The notes below the pieces were generated by a model. That model was not told the origin of the DNA. It saw only the letters and a list, made by a program, of their open reading frames with translations, and ran no database searches. The position numbers were made by a program, and so were the translations under genes. DNA of 63,282 nucleotides, the filler included, from Octopus bimaculoides (lineage: Eukaryota), in NCBI RefSeq assembly GCF_001194135.2. It is 8 parts of 8 records of this genome, joined end to end, with 100 filler letters (N's around TTAATTAATTAA, not from the genome) between each part and the next. Parts side by side here need not be neighbours in the genome. Positions count along the whole stretch, not along the records: positions 11,238 to 14,409 come from NC_068982.1; positions 14,510 to 17,819 come from NC_068992.1; positions 17,920 to 45,974 come from NC_068996.1; 5 more parts are not named here. One strand, given 5' to 3'. Below, piece by piece: positions 11,430-24,045 of the stretch. Position 1 is the stretch's first letter. Each line of letters begins with the position of its first letter.

Positions 11430-13060
11430 TAACAAGACAGCAAGCCACAAGCAAGCAACCAAACAAATCTCAAACAATCATTTTATATGTTGGGAGCTGT
11501 TAAGAAAAACTAAGGAAAGATATATTTATCGGGAAGCTGCATCAAGAATTCTAAAACGATGACGTAAGATTTTTTTTTAAATGCAAATTCGAGGAGAGAA
11601 ACTGCTAGACCAGTAACACTTCTTACGTGATGGGGCATCAATAATGAAAAGATGAGAATTAACAGAAAGATGAGTCACTCGTTTAGTAACCGTAAAAAGA
11701 GCTACAAAAGAAGGAGGTTTCTGAATAAGAACTATGGAAATTGTTATGGAATACAGATAAAGAAACAATATGCAAAATCAGCTTCGAACTCAATCAAGAT
11801 AAGAAAGTACACCAGCAGGAGCACTAGCCCGATTATGATAACGGTATTTCAAATAAAGACAAGTAAGAGACTTAGAAAGTTGAAGAATATATTCGGAGGT
11901 ATAATATTAACGTGGTTGACATAGAGAACCAGCCTTCATTGCAGCTGATTCAGCAAATAAATCTAATTCTGTCATTCCAAGTACAATAAAAAATATAGAA
12001 GACTCAAGAAGAACAATATCAGACAGAGAAATTGGAATAGCTTTAGATTTCATATAATGAATAATAGTTTTTACAGAATTAAAAGTAATCAATCATTGAA
12101 CCCCACTGACTGCAGATCATGCTCAGGCGAGCCAGTTATTTACATAAGATAGACAAATCTCACAGAAGCAAAGAAGTGGTATCAGCAGAGATAGCAAGGA
12201 TAGACAAAATCATTTGAAAGATCATTGAGCCAACATTAAATACCTTCAGGAAAACCAGGTAGGTGAAGTGAATAGAAAATAACTTCAATGCTAAGGAATT
12301 ATTCCAGAAATTCCGTGGAGGAGACCAACTAATCAAATATTGTTAAATGCTTTAGATATGTTGATGGTATCAATACTTTCGTGGCCAGGATTATCTAAAA
12401 CATGGTAGAACCTTTCAATTATAATAATCAGAACTCTTGCAGCGAAGCGCGAATTACGGAAACCGTTCTGTTTGTCAAGAAACTGATCGATTGATTTAAA
12501 GTGCAAGGTAAGGTCTAAGGTCAAAGAGAGAAGTAGGTCGTTAATTATAGATAGAAGGCTGACTGAATAGTTGTTACGAGGATGAAAATGTTCACCAGAG
12601 CTTTTGCAAACAAGAATAACAGTGACCGACTTACGGCAGGCTGGGAAGGAAAGCTCAGTTAAGCATTTGTCAAAGAGTTTTGAAAGATCAGAAGAGTATT
12701 TTTACAAAACAATAACAGGAATATTATCAGGATCTGTTGACATAAATCTGTGAAAACAAGAAATTATCTTCGCTACAGAATTAGAAGTTATATGCACGTT
12801 AGACAGAGAAACATCACATCGAGTAAAAAGAAAAAACTTTAAAATATAATCAGACGAATCAAAGGTACAATTATTTCAGAATTGAGGAACAAATTTTTGC
12901 TTTACCTTTAGAAGTCGGTTCCTGATAATTATAACTTTCGACAAAAGACATTTTACAATCATCAAGCAACAGCTCAAAATGCCTTCGAAAAATTCTTCAG
13001 TTCCAGAATTCCAGAATTCTATGCAATCAGAATAAACTGACATGTTTTTTGTTGGCAAAC
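11430..13060 (-). mobile_element. CR1/Jockey-group LINE, degraded RT and 3' end
   Basis: Minus-strand LDKQNGFRNSR...ERFYHVLD...NISKAFNNI (QxGFR / DISKAFD motifs) and C-terminal PPSFVALFTVTKR...SRKKCYWSSSFSPR. Many stops and frameshifts. Confidence 0.75.
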
Positions 13061-13249
13061 ATATAGATTTAATGTTTATTACTTCAATTTATAAACTTTA
13101 TTTTGGATAGAAACATATACACTGTTGGTAGTTAAAAAGTACACTTATTTTTGCGTATTGCCCTCTTATGACTGAACCAATTATCTGCACATGCTTATAA
13201 CCAAAGTAAACCTGTTCTACATAGAATATAGACATTTAGTATAGACAAG

Positions 13250-13770
13250 ATGATACCATCAGTATAGTGCACTTCATTAGGCTAGGTACTATCATTATCA
13301 TGGTTGTAAAGAGGAGCTACCATTTTCGTGCTTCAAATGGTGTACCGCCATATCGGCACTTATAATCGAGTGTTAATATGATTACAAGGAAGTTTTACCG
13401 TCAGTGTAGATATTAATAAAGTTCCAATATGATCGTAGTTATTTCCGTGTTATTACAGTGTTAACATGATCCTTTTTATAATAGAATACCAGCATGGTCG
13501 TAGTTGTAATAGATTTTAAAACAATGGTTGTAGCTCTGAGTTCATGCCACCTGCATCGTAGTTATGATGGGGTACCACCATGATCGTAGGTATAATAGAA
13601 TGCTTAAATAAACCTCATCATGATGATACACTACCATCATCGTAGGTCTGCTTACGTGCTAACATGATTGATAGCTATGGTGGTGTACTACCATAATCGT
13701 AGTTATTATGGAATGTTAATATGGTGGTATTAACGATTGAGTGCCGACATGATCGTAGTTGTAATTCAGG
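13250..13770. repeat. Degenerate 28-bp minisatellite (core ACCATGATCGTAGTT)
   Basis: CGTAG-equivalent cores at 13471, 13499, 13529, 13557, 13585, 13641, 13669, 13698, 13726, 13754 (spacing 28-30 or 56). Confidence 0.8.
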
Positions 13771-14318
13771 GCGAACAATATCGAAGCGATCTTGGTGAGA
13801 CTATGTTCATTTAAACAAACTAAAATACAAAAATTAAATGACATACAACTTTTATAAAACCTTCATCCATGATGTAATGTTTGTTCAGTAGTTTCAACCC
13901 TACATAGTACTTCAAAATTCAAATACGGCTTCGAAGTTATACACCTTTCTACTACTTGTCGTTACTGGGTTGTTTTGGCAAATTTCCATAGCATAAATAC
14001 ACAGTTCAACAAAACTAGAATTGCTAATTTGCTGCAGTTTAAGCGTTATCTAGTACTCAAGTTTCAGGATTTATTTCCGGAATACGTCTATGAATAAATA
14101 CTTATGGAAAAACATGATGTCTTAATGTTTCAAATTGAGAGCAAATTTTTATTTTATTTACGCCAGATTAATAACTGTGCTTGCAGTATTATATTTGGAG
14201 AAAGAAAAAAATAGAAAAATATTTTTAATCCAGGCGAGAGTGATATATTTCATGCATACACACACACACAAACATATTTGTATATACACATATATGTATA
14301 TATGTATATATATATATT

Positions 14319-14409
<91 letters not shown>

Positions 14410-14629
14410 NNNNNNNNNNNNNNNNNNNNNNNNNNNNNNNNNNNNNNNNNNNNTTAATTAATTAANNNNNNNNNNNNNNNNNNNNNNNNNNNNNNNNNNN
14501 NNNNNNNNNTACTTCTAACCGTGGTTTGGATTTTGACTGGTCCTTCTAGCATGTTAGGTGTCCTGTCAAGGCACCTCTTATGTGTTTAAATATACACTAA
14601 TTTTATATGAATAATATATAGTCTTTTGA

Positions 14630-14680
<51 letters not shown>

Positions 14681-15231
14681 TGCGTAACAATAGGTATGAA
14701 TAATATCAATATATAGATAGCCGCGTTATACACTGTAGGGAGTGATGCCAATTCCTCCATATTTTGTGTACGCTTGTGAGCCAGAGCGTGTGTGTATGCG
14801 TGTGTATATGCGTGTGACTTTGTGTGTGTGTGTGTGGACTGTGTTATTATCATTCTTCTAGATTCAGACCAGTCTAATACATACAGTCACTCATACTCAC
14901 ACGCACACATACACACGTGCACGCGCACACACACAAATATATTTGGTTTGTATAATGTGAGACACAGTTCAGTCTGATTTACATTTTCATTGATTATCGA
15001 AGTTAGTTTGCTCTCGTTGTTCCAGTTGTATACCGGTTCAAATGACAATCACCCGATCGTAAAATTACATATTATCTTCTTACATCGTTACATTAGTATT
15101 TTTAATAAAGTATTCGAAAATATTCGGAGAGATTTCGCGAATAGGTATTTTGCGAATCATTTTCTGTCTTCTTAGAAAATTATTTCGTTTCCTTGTCTCT
15201 CTCTTCTCTCCCTCTTTCTCTAGCTTTTCAA

Positions 15232-15269
<38 letters not shown>

Positions 15270-15861
15270 NNNNNNNNNNNNNNNNNNNNNNNNNNNNNNN
15301 NNNNNNNNNNNNNNNNNNNNNNNNNNNNNNNNNNNNNNNNNNNNNNNNNNNNNNNNNNNNNNNNNNNNNNNNNNNNNNNNNNNNNNNNNNNNNNNNNNNN
15401 NNNNNNNNNNNNNNNNNNNNNNNNNNNNNNNNNNNNNNNNNNNNNNNNNNNNNNNNNNNNNNNNNNNNNNNNNNNNNNNNNNNNNNNNNNNNNNNNNNNN
15501 NNNNNNNNNNNNNNNNNNNNNNNNNNNNNNNNNNNNNNNNNNNNNNNNNNNNNNNNNNNNNNNNNNNNNNNNNNNNNNNNNNNNNNNNNNNNNNNNNNNN
15601 NNNNNNNNNNNNNNNNNNNNNNNNNNNNNNNNNNNNNNNNNNNNNNNNNNNNNNNNNNNNNNNNNNNNNNNNNNNNNNNNNNNNNNNNNNNNNNNNNNNN
15701 NNNNNNNNNNNNNNNNNNNNNNNNNNNNNNNNNNNNNNNNNNNNNNNNNNNNNNNNNNNNNNNNNNNNNNNNNNNNNNNNNNNNNNNNNNNNNNNNNNNN
15801 NNNNNNNNNNNNNNNNNNNNNNNNNNNNNNNNNNNNNNNNNNNNNNNNNNNNNNNNNNNNN

Positions 15862-15928
<67 letters not shown>

Positions 15929-16825
15929 AAATAAACTAAATAAAGAAAAAAATACATTTACAATACAGATCAAATATCAAACAAAAACAATATCTACATT
16001 GATACGTATATTGGTTTTCTTCTGAGATAAGAAAGAACAATAATAAAATTCCTTCCAGTTTTTGAGAGAGTGAGACTATGAGAAGTGGGAATATAATGCC
16101 TTTCCCTAGAATATTGATGGAATAATTAAAGGGAAACTTTTGATATTTTCCACACTTTACTTATTTTTATACAAATACGGAATGAAATGGCTGCCGATTT
16201 AGCCACCCGAGATTTTAGAGAATGCTGTAAGTTGTTCAGTGGAGCATGGAAATTAATGTTGAAATTAAGGATTCGTACAATTCTAAAGATATGGGAACTG
16301 GATTTCTTGAATAATATATTTTTTGTTATTGAATTCCAATTTTCTGCCGCTCGAATTATCCTCTTATTTCGAAAATTTGCATATCAATTTGTACCACTGT
16401 AGTTCCAGTAGGATAAGCTCTATTAGTCTATCTTCTCAACTGAGAGAAGAACAAAAAAATATAAATAGAAGTGAATAGGAACTGTGTCTACTCCAAATTG
16501 ATAGGTTCAGAAAAAAATTACACTAACGACCCTTTACATATTACTGAAGAATCACAGAGCCTATGCCAAGAAGTTGATCTCCAAATGTCAGAATTTTGAT
16601 CAGAAAATATTGATGTTTAGGTCGAGGAAATAAAGAAAAGAAAATACGTGAGATATTTTTAAGTAAGTTATTATTTAAGATTTCCTCCATAATGGAGATA
16701 GATGTTAGAATCGGTAGAAAGGCAGACAGACAGACAACGAGATACAGACAGTCAGACACATACAAACATAACCAACACATACATACACACACTCACATAA
16801 ACACGCATATATATATGCATGCAGT

Positions 16826-16877
<52 letters not shown>

Positions 16878-16925
16878 GTATATATATATGTGTGTGTGTG
16901 TATGAGTATGTGTGAGTGTTTGTAC

Positions 16926-16997
<72 letters not shown>

Positions 16998-17199
16998 CTA
17001 TATTGATATATATTTGTATTTGCATCTAAATATACTTGCTTTTACGCATCATACGTTTATCGAGAGGTCTGATATATATATATATATTCACACACACAAA
17101 CACGCACACGCACACACGTGCAGGCACACACGTTGCTGCACACACGTGCACGCACGCAGACATATGTGTGTGCGTGTGTGTAGTTATGTGTGTAGACGC

Positions 17200-17819
17200 C
17201 TTGAATAATTTTAGTTGAATGAATCATTGCCAGTGCTCGTATTTTAAGAGCCTGATCCTTATTCCATCGGTCTCTTTTGCCGAACCGGTAGGTTACGTGT
17301 ACATAAACACACCAACAGCAGTTGTCAAGCAGTGGAGATGGACAAACATAGATATACAAACATCCACGCACCCAAACAACACACCGACACACAAACCAAC
17401 ACACACTCTCTCTCTCACACATACAAACACTCACCTACACACGCACACACTCTCTCTCACACCTACACACAACTACGCACACAATCTAAACACACGCTGA
17501 CACATATTCTTTTCTACTGGAGATACAAGGCCCGAAATTTTTAGGGTGGGGGCCATTCGATTAAATCCACCCCAGAACGCAACTGGCACTTAATTTATCG
17601 ATCCCGAAAGGATGAAAGGCAAAGTTGACCTCAGCCGAATCTGAACGCAGAACGTAAAGACAGACGAAATACCGCTAAGCATTTCGCCCGGCGTGCTAAC
17701 GTTTCTGCCATTTCACCGCCTTGCACTAACACATCTATTGAACGAGATTTTTTCAGTTTCCGTCAACCAAATCCACTCCCAAGGTTTTGTTCGGCTCGAG
17801 GATGTGGTAGAAGACACTT
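17200..17819 (-). mobile_element. SINE family A interrupted in its CA-rich linker by a family B SINE
   Basis: Right half at 17235-17345 and left half at 17740-17819 (both minus strand), separated by (CA)-rich DNA and the SINE at 17505-17721. Confidence 0.65.
17505..17721 (-). mobile_element. tRNA-derived SINE family B
   Basis: Reverse complement begins AGGCGGTGAAATGGCAGAAACGTTAGCACGCCGGGCGAAATGCTTAGCGG...GTTCAGATTCGG...CTTTCATCCTTTCGGGATCGATAAATTAAG. Confidence 0.85.
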
Positions 17820-18076
17820 NNNNNNNNNNNNNNNNNNNNNNNNNNNNNNNNNNNNNNNNNNNNTTAATTAATTAANNNNNNNNNNNNNNNNNNNNNNNNN
17901 NNNNNNNNNNNNNNNNNNNTATATATGCTGTGGACGTCATTTAGAGACTTCAAGAGAACGAGTAACAATACGTTTTTAATGCCTGAGCTAGAAATAGAGA
18001 AGGTAAACCTAATAGCATGTAAATATTGGCATCGAAAATCTTTGAAGATTGAAGACTGACCGTAGGCACACACACA

Positions 18077-18121
<45 letters not shown>

Positions 18122-18193
18122 CACACACATGCACACACACACACACACACACAAACACACACTACACACACACATGCATGTATTCCTTTGCAG

Positions 18194-18237
18194 GTTTCAG
18201 CCACAGGATTTCGAGTATGCCAGAGAACCGCCTTCAG
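18194..18237 (+). other. Candidate 44-nt internal exon of an unidentified host gene
   Basis: TATTCCTTTGCAG|...CCTTCAG|GTATGC canonical acceptor and donor, GC-richer than flanks, all three frames open (e.g. FQPQDFEYAREPPS). No homology recognised. Confidence 0.3.
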
Positions 18238-18612
18238 GTATGCATTCGATCATATGAAAACCAACACTTTTTTTAAATCTATTTGTTGAGCTGTTTTAAG
18301 TTCCAATGTTCTTACCTCTCAGCATGCAATCTTCCTACAACAACCTGCCATACAACTTAACTATCCATCAACATCACTCAGTTTACCCATGAAAATATTA
18401 ACTGAACAGAGACTGTAAAAAACCTAGATGAACTAAACTGATTAGCAGCCCTCTGATGGCTTAGCTAGCCGAAACTTCGAATTTACTGTCATTACTATTC
18501 CAGTTCAAAGAATAATAATTTTGTACTGTACAAAACTATGGAGTAACACTTTACATGAGTTTAAGATTGTTTTATTATAACTGAACATTAAAACAAGCAT
18601 CGATATATAATG

Positions 18613-18750
18613 CTGAGATGGCAGAATGGTTAGCACGTCGGGCAAAATGCTTAGCAGTATTTCGCTCGTCTTTACGTTCTGAGTTCAAGTTCTACCGAGG
18701 TCAATGTAACCAGCTTGTCCCTCCACCAAAATTGCATGCCTTGTACCAAA
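18613..18750 (+). mobile_element. SINE family B, internally deleted
   Basis: ATGGCAGAATGGTTAGCACGTCGGGCAAAATGCTTAGC...GAGTTCAAGTTC...GAGGTCA. Confidence 0.75.
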
Positions 18751-18799
18751 ACTTGCAATCATTATATATATATGTATATGTATGATATATATATATATA

Positions 18800-19215
18800 T
18801 TCTTTTACTTTTTTCAGTCATTTGACTGCGGCTGTGCTGGAGCACCGCTTTTAGTCGAGCAAATCGCCCCTGAGACTTATTCTTTGTAAGCCTAGTACTT
18901 ATTCTACCGGCCTCTTTTGCCGAACTGCTAGGTTTCGGGGACGTAGACACACTAGCATCGGTTGCCAAGCGATGTTGGAGGGACAAATACACGCACGCAC
19001 ACGCGCGCACACACACACACACACACATACGCACACACACACACACACATGTACATATGACGGGCTTCTTTCAGATTCCGTCTATCAAATCCACTCACAA
19101 GGCTTTGGTCGGCCCGAGGCTATAGTAGAAGACACACGCCGAAAGTGCTGCGCAGTGGGACTGAACCCAGAACCATGTAGTTGGTAAGCAAGCTACTCAT
19201 GCCGCAGCCACTCCT
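18800..19215 (-). mobile_element. Full-length SINE family A
   Basis: Reverse complement of 8474-8880 with a central (CA)n linker. Confidence 0.9.
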
Positions 19216-19879
19216 ACGCCTATATATGTGTGTGTTTGTGTGTCTGTATGTGCATACACACACAGGCATTTATGTGTATACATCTATATACACAGGGTTC
19301 GACAAAGAATATACTTGAAAATGTTTGTTCCGAAATATAACTGAAAAGACCTACAATGCAAGAATTAGAATAGCCATTACTAAATGTTTTATTACCTATC
19401 AAGTTCGTTTGTAAATAATGTCGTCTTTCCTCACGCATATAGAGTGCGGTCGTTCTACATATCAAAGACAGTATTTTCTTTGGGAAAATGGAAGATTGTT
19501 AGTGTATGTGTTATTGTCATTGTTCTTGTCATCCCAACTGCACATCGATCGCCTCCACTCGATGGGCAAACTGCTTACCGGCATTTTGCCGTTGACTTTC
19601 TGCCGGTTTAGGGCTGAAGCAATTTGAATGTTTACCAATATCAAAAACAGCAACAAAACCGTCATAGCCGAACAACCCACAAAAAGAATGAATATACAAC
19701 GACAATCACAGTGACACCCAATTCTGTGTTAGAAGAGAAGGGCCAATGAAAAATCTGATGGGACTTCCAGGACAAAGTGGGGACAGTGAGAGACAAGAGA
19801 AGATTTTAAGCACCAGCATCTTTAAAGTGCCTGCACAATGGTGTGGATGTCATTAGAAACATTAAAAAAACATTGAGGA

Positions 19880-21025
19880 TAGATTCCCTCACGACGCGGG
19901 ATTACGAAATACAAATCCCACCGGTAGGTTTTTCAAAAGGATTCTCAAAGGAACCCTAACCAAGTAGGGAAATCAAATCACCCGAGAAGGTAAGTAACCC
20001 TCCCGTTTCCTTCTTTTCTCCTGCTTTCTACTCTTTCTGGTTAACATTGCGATTTTTAGAGTAGGTAGTATAAATGTACGTAGCCTGGGGGTCCTCGACG
20101 CAAGATTTCTTGCTGAACGACCTCAGGTGACCAGCTATAAACGTGACGGTAGTCAACAAGACCAGGATATACGATACTCTCATAATAGTCCCCTTTATTG
20201 GCAACGTTAAGAAGTGCGCGTCTCTTAGTCGGATTGGAATGGGATGCGGGTTGGGAGTACAGACTATTTTCAGAGACCGGTGAAGGAGTTGCATTTAATC
20301 TAGTGGCCGTTTGTGCATTAAATGGGGTTGGACGGCCGGATGTCTTCAAATGTTTAGAAACCTCCCTAAGAATGTCTGGCCCTTTCCTGTTAGCAGGGAA
20401 CAGGAATGGTATCTTAGACGCCAGCCAGGACTGTGTAGGAGAAGCGGATAGAAGCAAGGGGAAGGAAAAATTCTCCCCCAAATTAAAACTAATCACTTTC
20501 AACTCTATCACAGGTACCGGCAAGATTTCTGTAATGCGCCAGGGTGGATATGGAACAATCGCACAGGACTACCTATGTAGATAAGTATTTCATTCGTTTA
20601 GTGGATAAAGATAACAAAAGTTATTCACAACTACAAACGGTAGCCGGTTCAGATCACAAATTTGTGGTCAATATGGTCGACCGAGATAAAACCCGGTGAT
20701 TGGAAGCTTAGCGCGTCGTCCTCAGCGCGTTAAGCAATCAAAGACCTATTAGTACATTAGTTAAATGACAGTTGACAGGCACAGTTGTCAACAACAGGTG
20801 GTGGTGCACTCCCAAGAGAACGGTTAGTATAAATCAATACCAGTAGTAAAGAAGTAGCGATAAACAATTAGAAGAGAGTGGGGAGTTAGTAGCTAAATTA
20901 AACGAAGCGAATAATAGTAGCATTGCAACCGATATGCTAACTGCGAGAATGGCATTAGATCATTTTTTCAATGCGCAACATGAAGACTGCGTTCTCAGAG
21001 CTAAGTCACGTGGGCTAAGATACGT
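19880..21025 (+). mobile_element. Tx1/L1-clade LINE fragment (APE endonuclease region)
   Basis: VGSINVRSLG at ~20060, LAGNRNGILDASQDCVG (GDFN-like), and MLTARMALDHFFNAQHEDCVLRAKS matching the copy at 35800-35900. Confidence 0.7.
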
Positions 21026-21189
21026 GTCTTTTCAGCGTGATTGATCACACCGTTATCTGGTCGGTTAATCTGAATTTTACGATCAGTCTGAACCCTAAAA
21101 TTTCAATGTATGGTAACTCCAGTATTCTGTACATCAAGTCTCATTATTGCAATTTGAGAATGTATTAACCCCTAACCGATATCTTTTTT

Positions 21190-22260
21190 CAGAAGGTTGC
21201 ATAAGATCTATATCTGCTTTTGTTTAGAGTTCCAAAGAACTCAATGCGTTTTGCACTGTCTGCATTGGTACGTTCGAGAAATCCATTTGGTACCTGTCAT
21301 ATAGTTTGAAAAGTCTGACTAGGTTTCTAAGACAAATGTACAACTTCTCCAGTCGGATTTCATTACAGGATTGCATCTTCCATCCAAAGAGCCATTCGAA
21401 TCTCTCACTAGAACGAAAATGCAGGATGTTGCTCGGTAAAACTCGTTGCATGCCTAAGGAAATCTGACCACCCTGTCGGGATGTAGATTGTTACTGATAG
21501 TGTGGCCTTCTGGGTTTCCAAGATTATCATCATCTGTTTATCGTCTGAATCCAGGAAGATAATCAATATTGCGAAATCCAAACTTATCCAACTCAATACA
21601 GAATATGCTATTTGTAGTTTGCACTTATTTTCATGAGTTGTTTTGTAGGATTTATATGTATATTGATGTATTATATTGGTATATGGTTCATACATTCTTA
21701 GAATTTTCTTTCTTCTATTTGCGGCCGTGTACTTTATGATATTTCACGTTGTGCGTGGTGTTGGGTGCAGATTGTATTGTTCTTATACCTACAGACGTTT
21801 TGCAGCGTTGATGCTTCTTGTGGTGTTGCTGGATATTGCGGAGATGGTGGCTGATGATAAGACGGTGTTTGCTTATAACTCACGTCAATTCGCCTCCCTT
21901 CGAATGACCCAGTTCTTTGTGAGAGAAGATTATTTAGATTTTTCTATTTACATCGTTCTCTCCCTTCTTACGAGGATAGTTTTTCCATTTTTCACCGTTA
22001 TCACTCCGTTTCAGGACATATCTTACTGAAGTGGACAGAGGGAAATGCCTTGAAGTGTTGCGATGAGCTTAGAAGAGTTTGCTGCCGATGTCGACGATGT
22101 GTGTTTTTGTTGTTGTTGTTGTTCTTTTTATTGTTGTTGTCGAAATAATGAGTTCTGATACTACTGTTCTTGATTCTGCTTCTGTTGCTGCCACATGTGA
22201 ACTGTTGGCAGCCTCTGTTCTCTGTTGCAGAATAACGGCGTTTTGATTAAGGAAATTATA
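21190..22260 (-). mobile_element. Possible LINE ORF1-like remnant
   Basis: Low-complexity N/T-rich start similar in style to ORF1 at 37800-38150, then broken frames ending in a YQCRQC..H knuckle-like stretch. Weak. Confidence 0.25.
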
Positions 22261-22782
22261 CACGTCAAATTGAAGACAACGTTAGAATGGTGAAATATAA
22301 AAAAAAAGGTGCATAGGAAATTGATCGAAAATAAGGATCAATGAAACATAATGTAGTGTTGATGGCATAAATATGTTTTACTTTATAGAAGGAAGGTGTA
22401 CTACTGAGGACAAAATGGGCTAAATTCAACGATTGAATAGAACAAGTCACAGACAAAAATTGTGAAAAGAAGCAAAGAGACTGGATAAATTATTTGTGAA
22501 AATCAAAGCGTCAAGTAGACGGTCAAACGTCGAAAAGGGACAAAGAGCCATGTTTGAAAAAAGTTCTTGAAGATTTAAGTTATAATAATATTGTAGGATA
22601 GATACTGTAATTGAAAAGTAGACGTTGAAGAATAAACACAAAAACGAATGGTAAAGAAGTATAAAAACATGCACATACATATGCTATTAAAGAAGAGTGA
22701 CTGAAAAACTTCAGGCCAAGCCTAATCTCCGTTCCGACATACAAGCACGCGCGCATACACACACACGCATGGACGTGCACGC

Positions 22783-22863
<81 letters not shown>

Positions 22864-23049
22864 TACATACACTGTATATAAAAACCAGAGTACTAGAAAA
22901 TGGTTAGAAGAACTTCAAAGATACTCAGAATATATAATCAAGTCACCCGAAAAGTAATACCGACAGGTTCCCTTCACTATGCAGGGAAGGGGATCGGGTT
23001 TTGTAAAGGCAGAACACACTATCAATAATGATATTTGTGATTTCGAGAA

Positions 23050-23890
23050 CCTATGAAGTGCATAGTGAGGAAGAACTACTATCTGCAGCCAAAAATAGTG
23101 AAAAATTTCAAAAATATAGCTGAAAACGAAAAAGAGTAGTACCTGATCAATTCATGCAACAGTATGAGATTCTAGGTACTGAATATTGGTACTTATTGCT
23201 GAAAAACCAAAAGCTGAAACGAGAAATTAAAACACTAATACAGCCCCCTCGAGAGCAAACCACAGTAACAAATTAGATAAAGACAATAATTTGTAAAAGT
23301 CAGTCACATAAATGCAGAATGTGTGGAAATGTAAGGGAAGGACTTGACTGTCTTCTAAGGAGTGCGGTAATCCACCACAAAAAAGTACAAATTGTGGCAT
23401 AACTGTATCAGAAAAAGAAATATTTCCAGATATTAACTAAGTTTGTGAATTTGAAGTGGCCGGAAAATTATATGAACCGAAGGTAGATACTGCTATGCTA
23501 AAGAATAATTACAGCATTTGGTAGGATTATTCCACAAAGTATGACCATATTATTGAAGCAAGACCGCCAGATATGATTGCAGAGGTCGAAAAGGAGAAAA
23601 CAGTGTAAAGATCACGGACTTTACCCTAGAATTGATTCTAGAGTGGTAATCATGAACATTGTGGAACTCGAGAAATCTCAGGTGGTAACCAGAGTGAATT
23701 AGAAAGATTGAGTACAATTGTTTGTTTGGTAACTGGGACATTTAGCACAATGCCCAACATGCTACCAGTGTCGACCTACAAAAAAATAGTATTCTGCAAA
23801 AATCTTATGAAATGTCCTGATGAGACTCATCAACAAAGATCAAGGCAAAAACCATGCTCATTAATGTGACATGTATCAGCTTTAATAATA
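23050..23890 (+). mobile_element. Very degraded R4/Dong-like LINE 3' end
   Basis: KCRMCGNVRE zinc motif and DHIIEARPPDM RLE motif. Ends in (AAT)/(AGT)n. Confidence 0.55.
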
Positions 23891-23891
23891 A

Positions 23892-23939
<48 letters not shown>

Positions 23940-23949
23940 CGGAAGCAGC

Positions 23950-23996
<47 letters not shown>

Positions 23997-24000
23997 TAGC

Positions 24001-24032
<32 letters not shown>

Positions 24033-24045
24033 CAATAATAATAAT
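23883..24045. repeat. Compound (AAT)/(AGT)n/(AGC)n microsatellite
   Basis: Direct reading. Confidence 0.95.

Noticed and set aside
15026-15058. Possible micro-exon LYTGSNDNHPI (and similar at 39518-39549 and donor at 16227)
   Set aside because: Splice sites are weak or unpaired and no homology is recognised; expected by chance in 63 kb.
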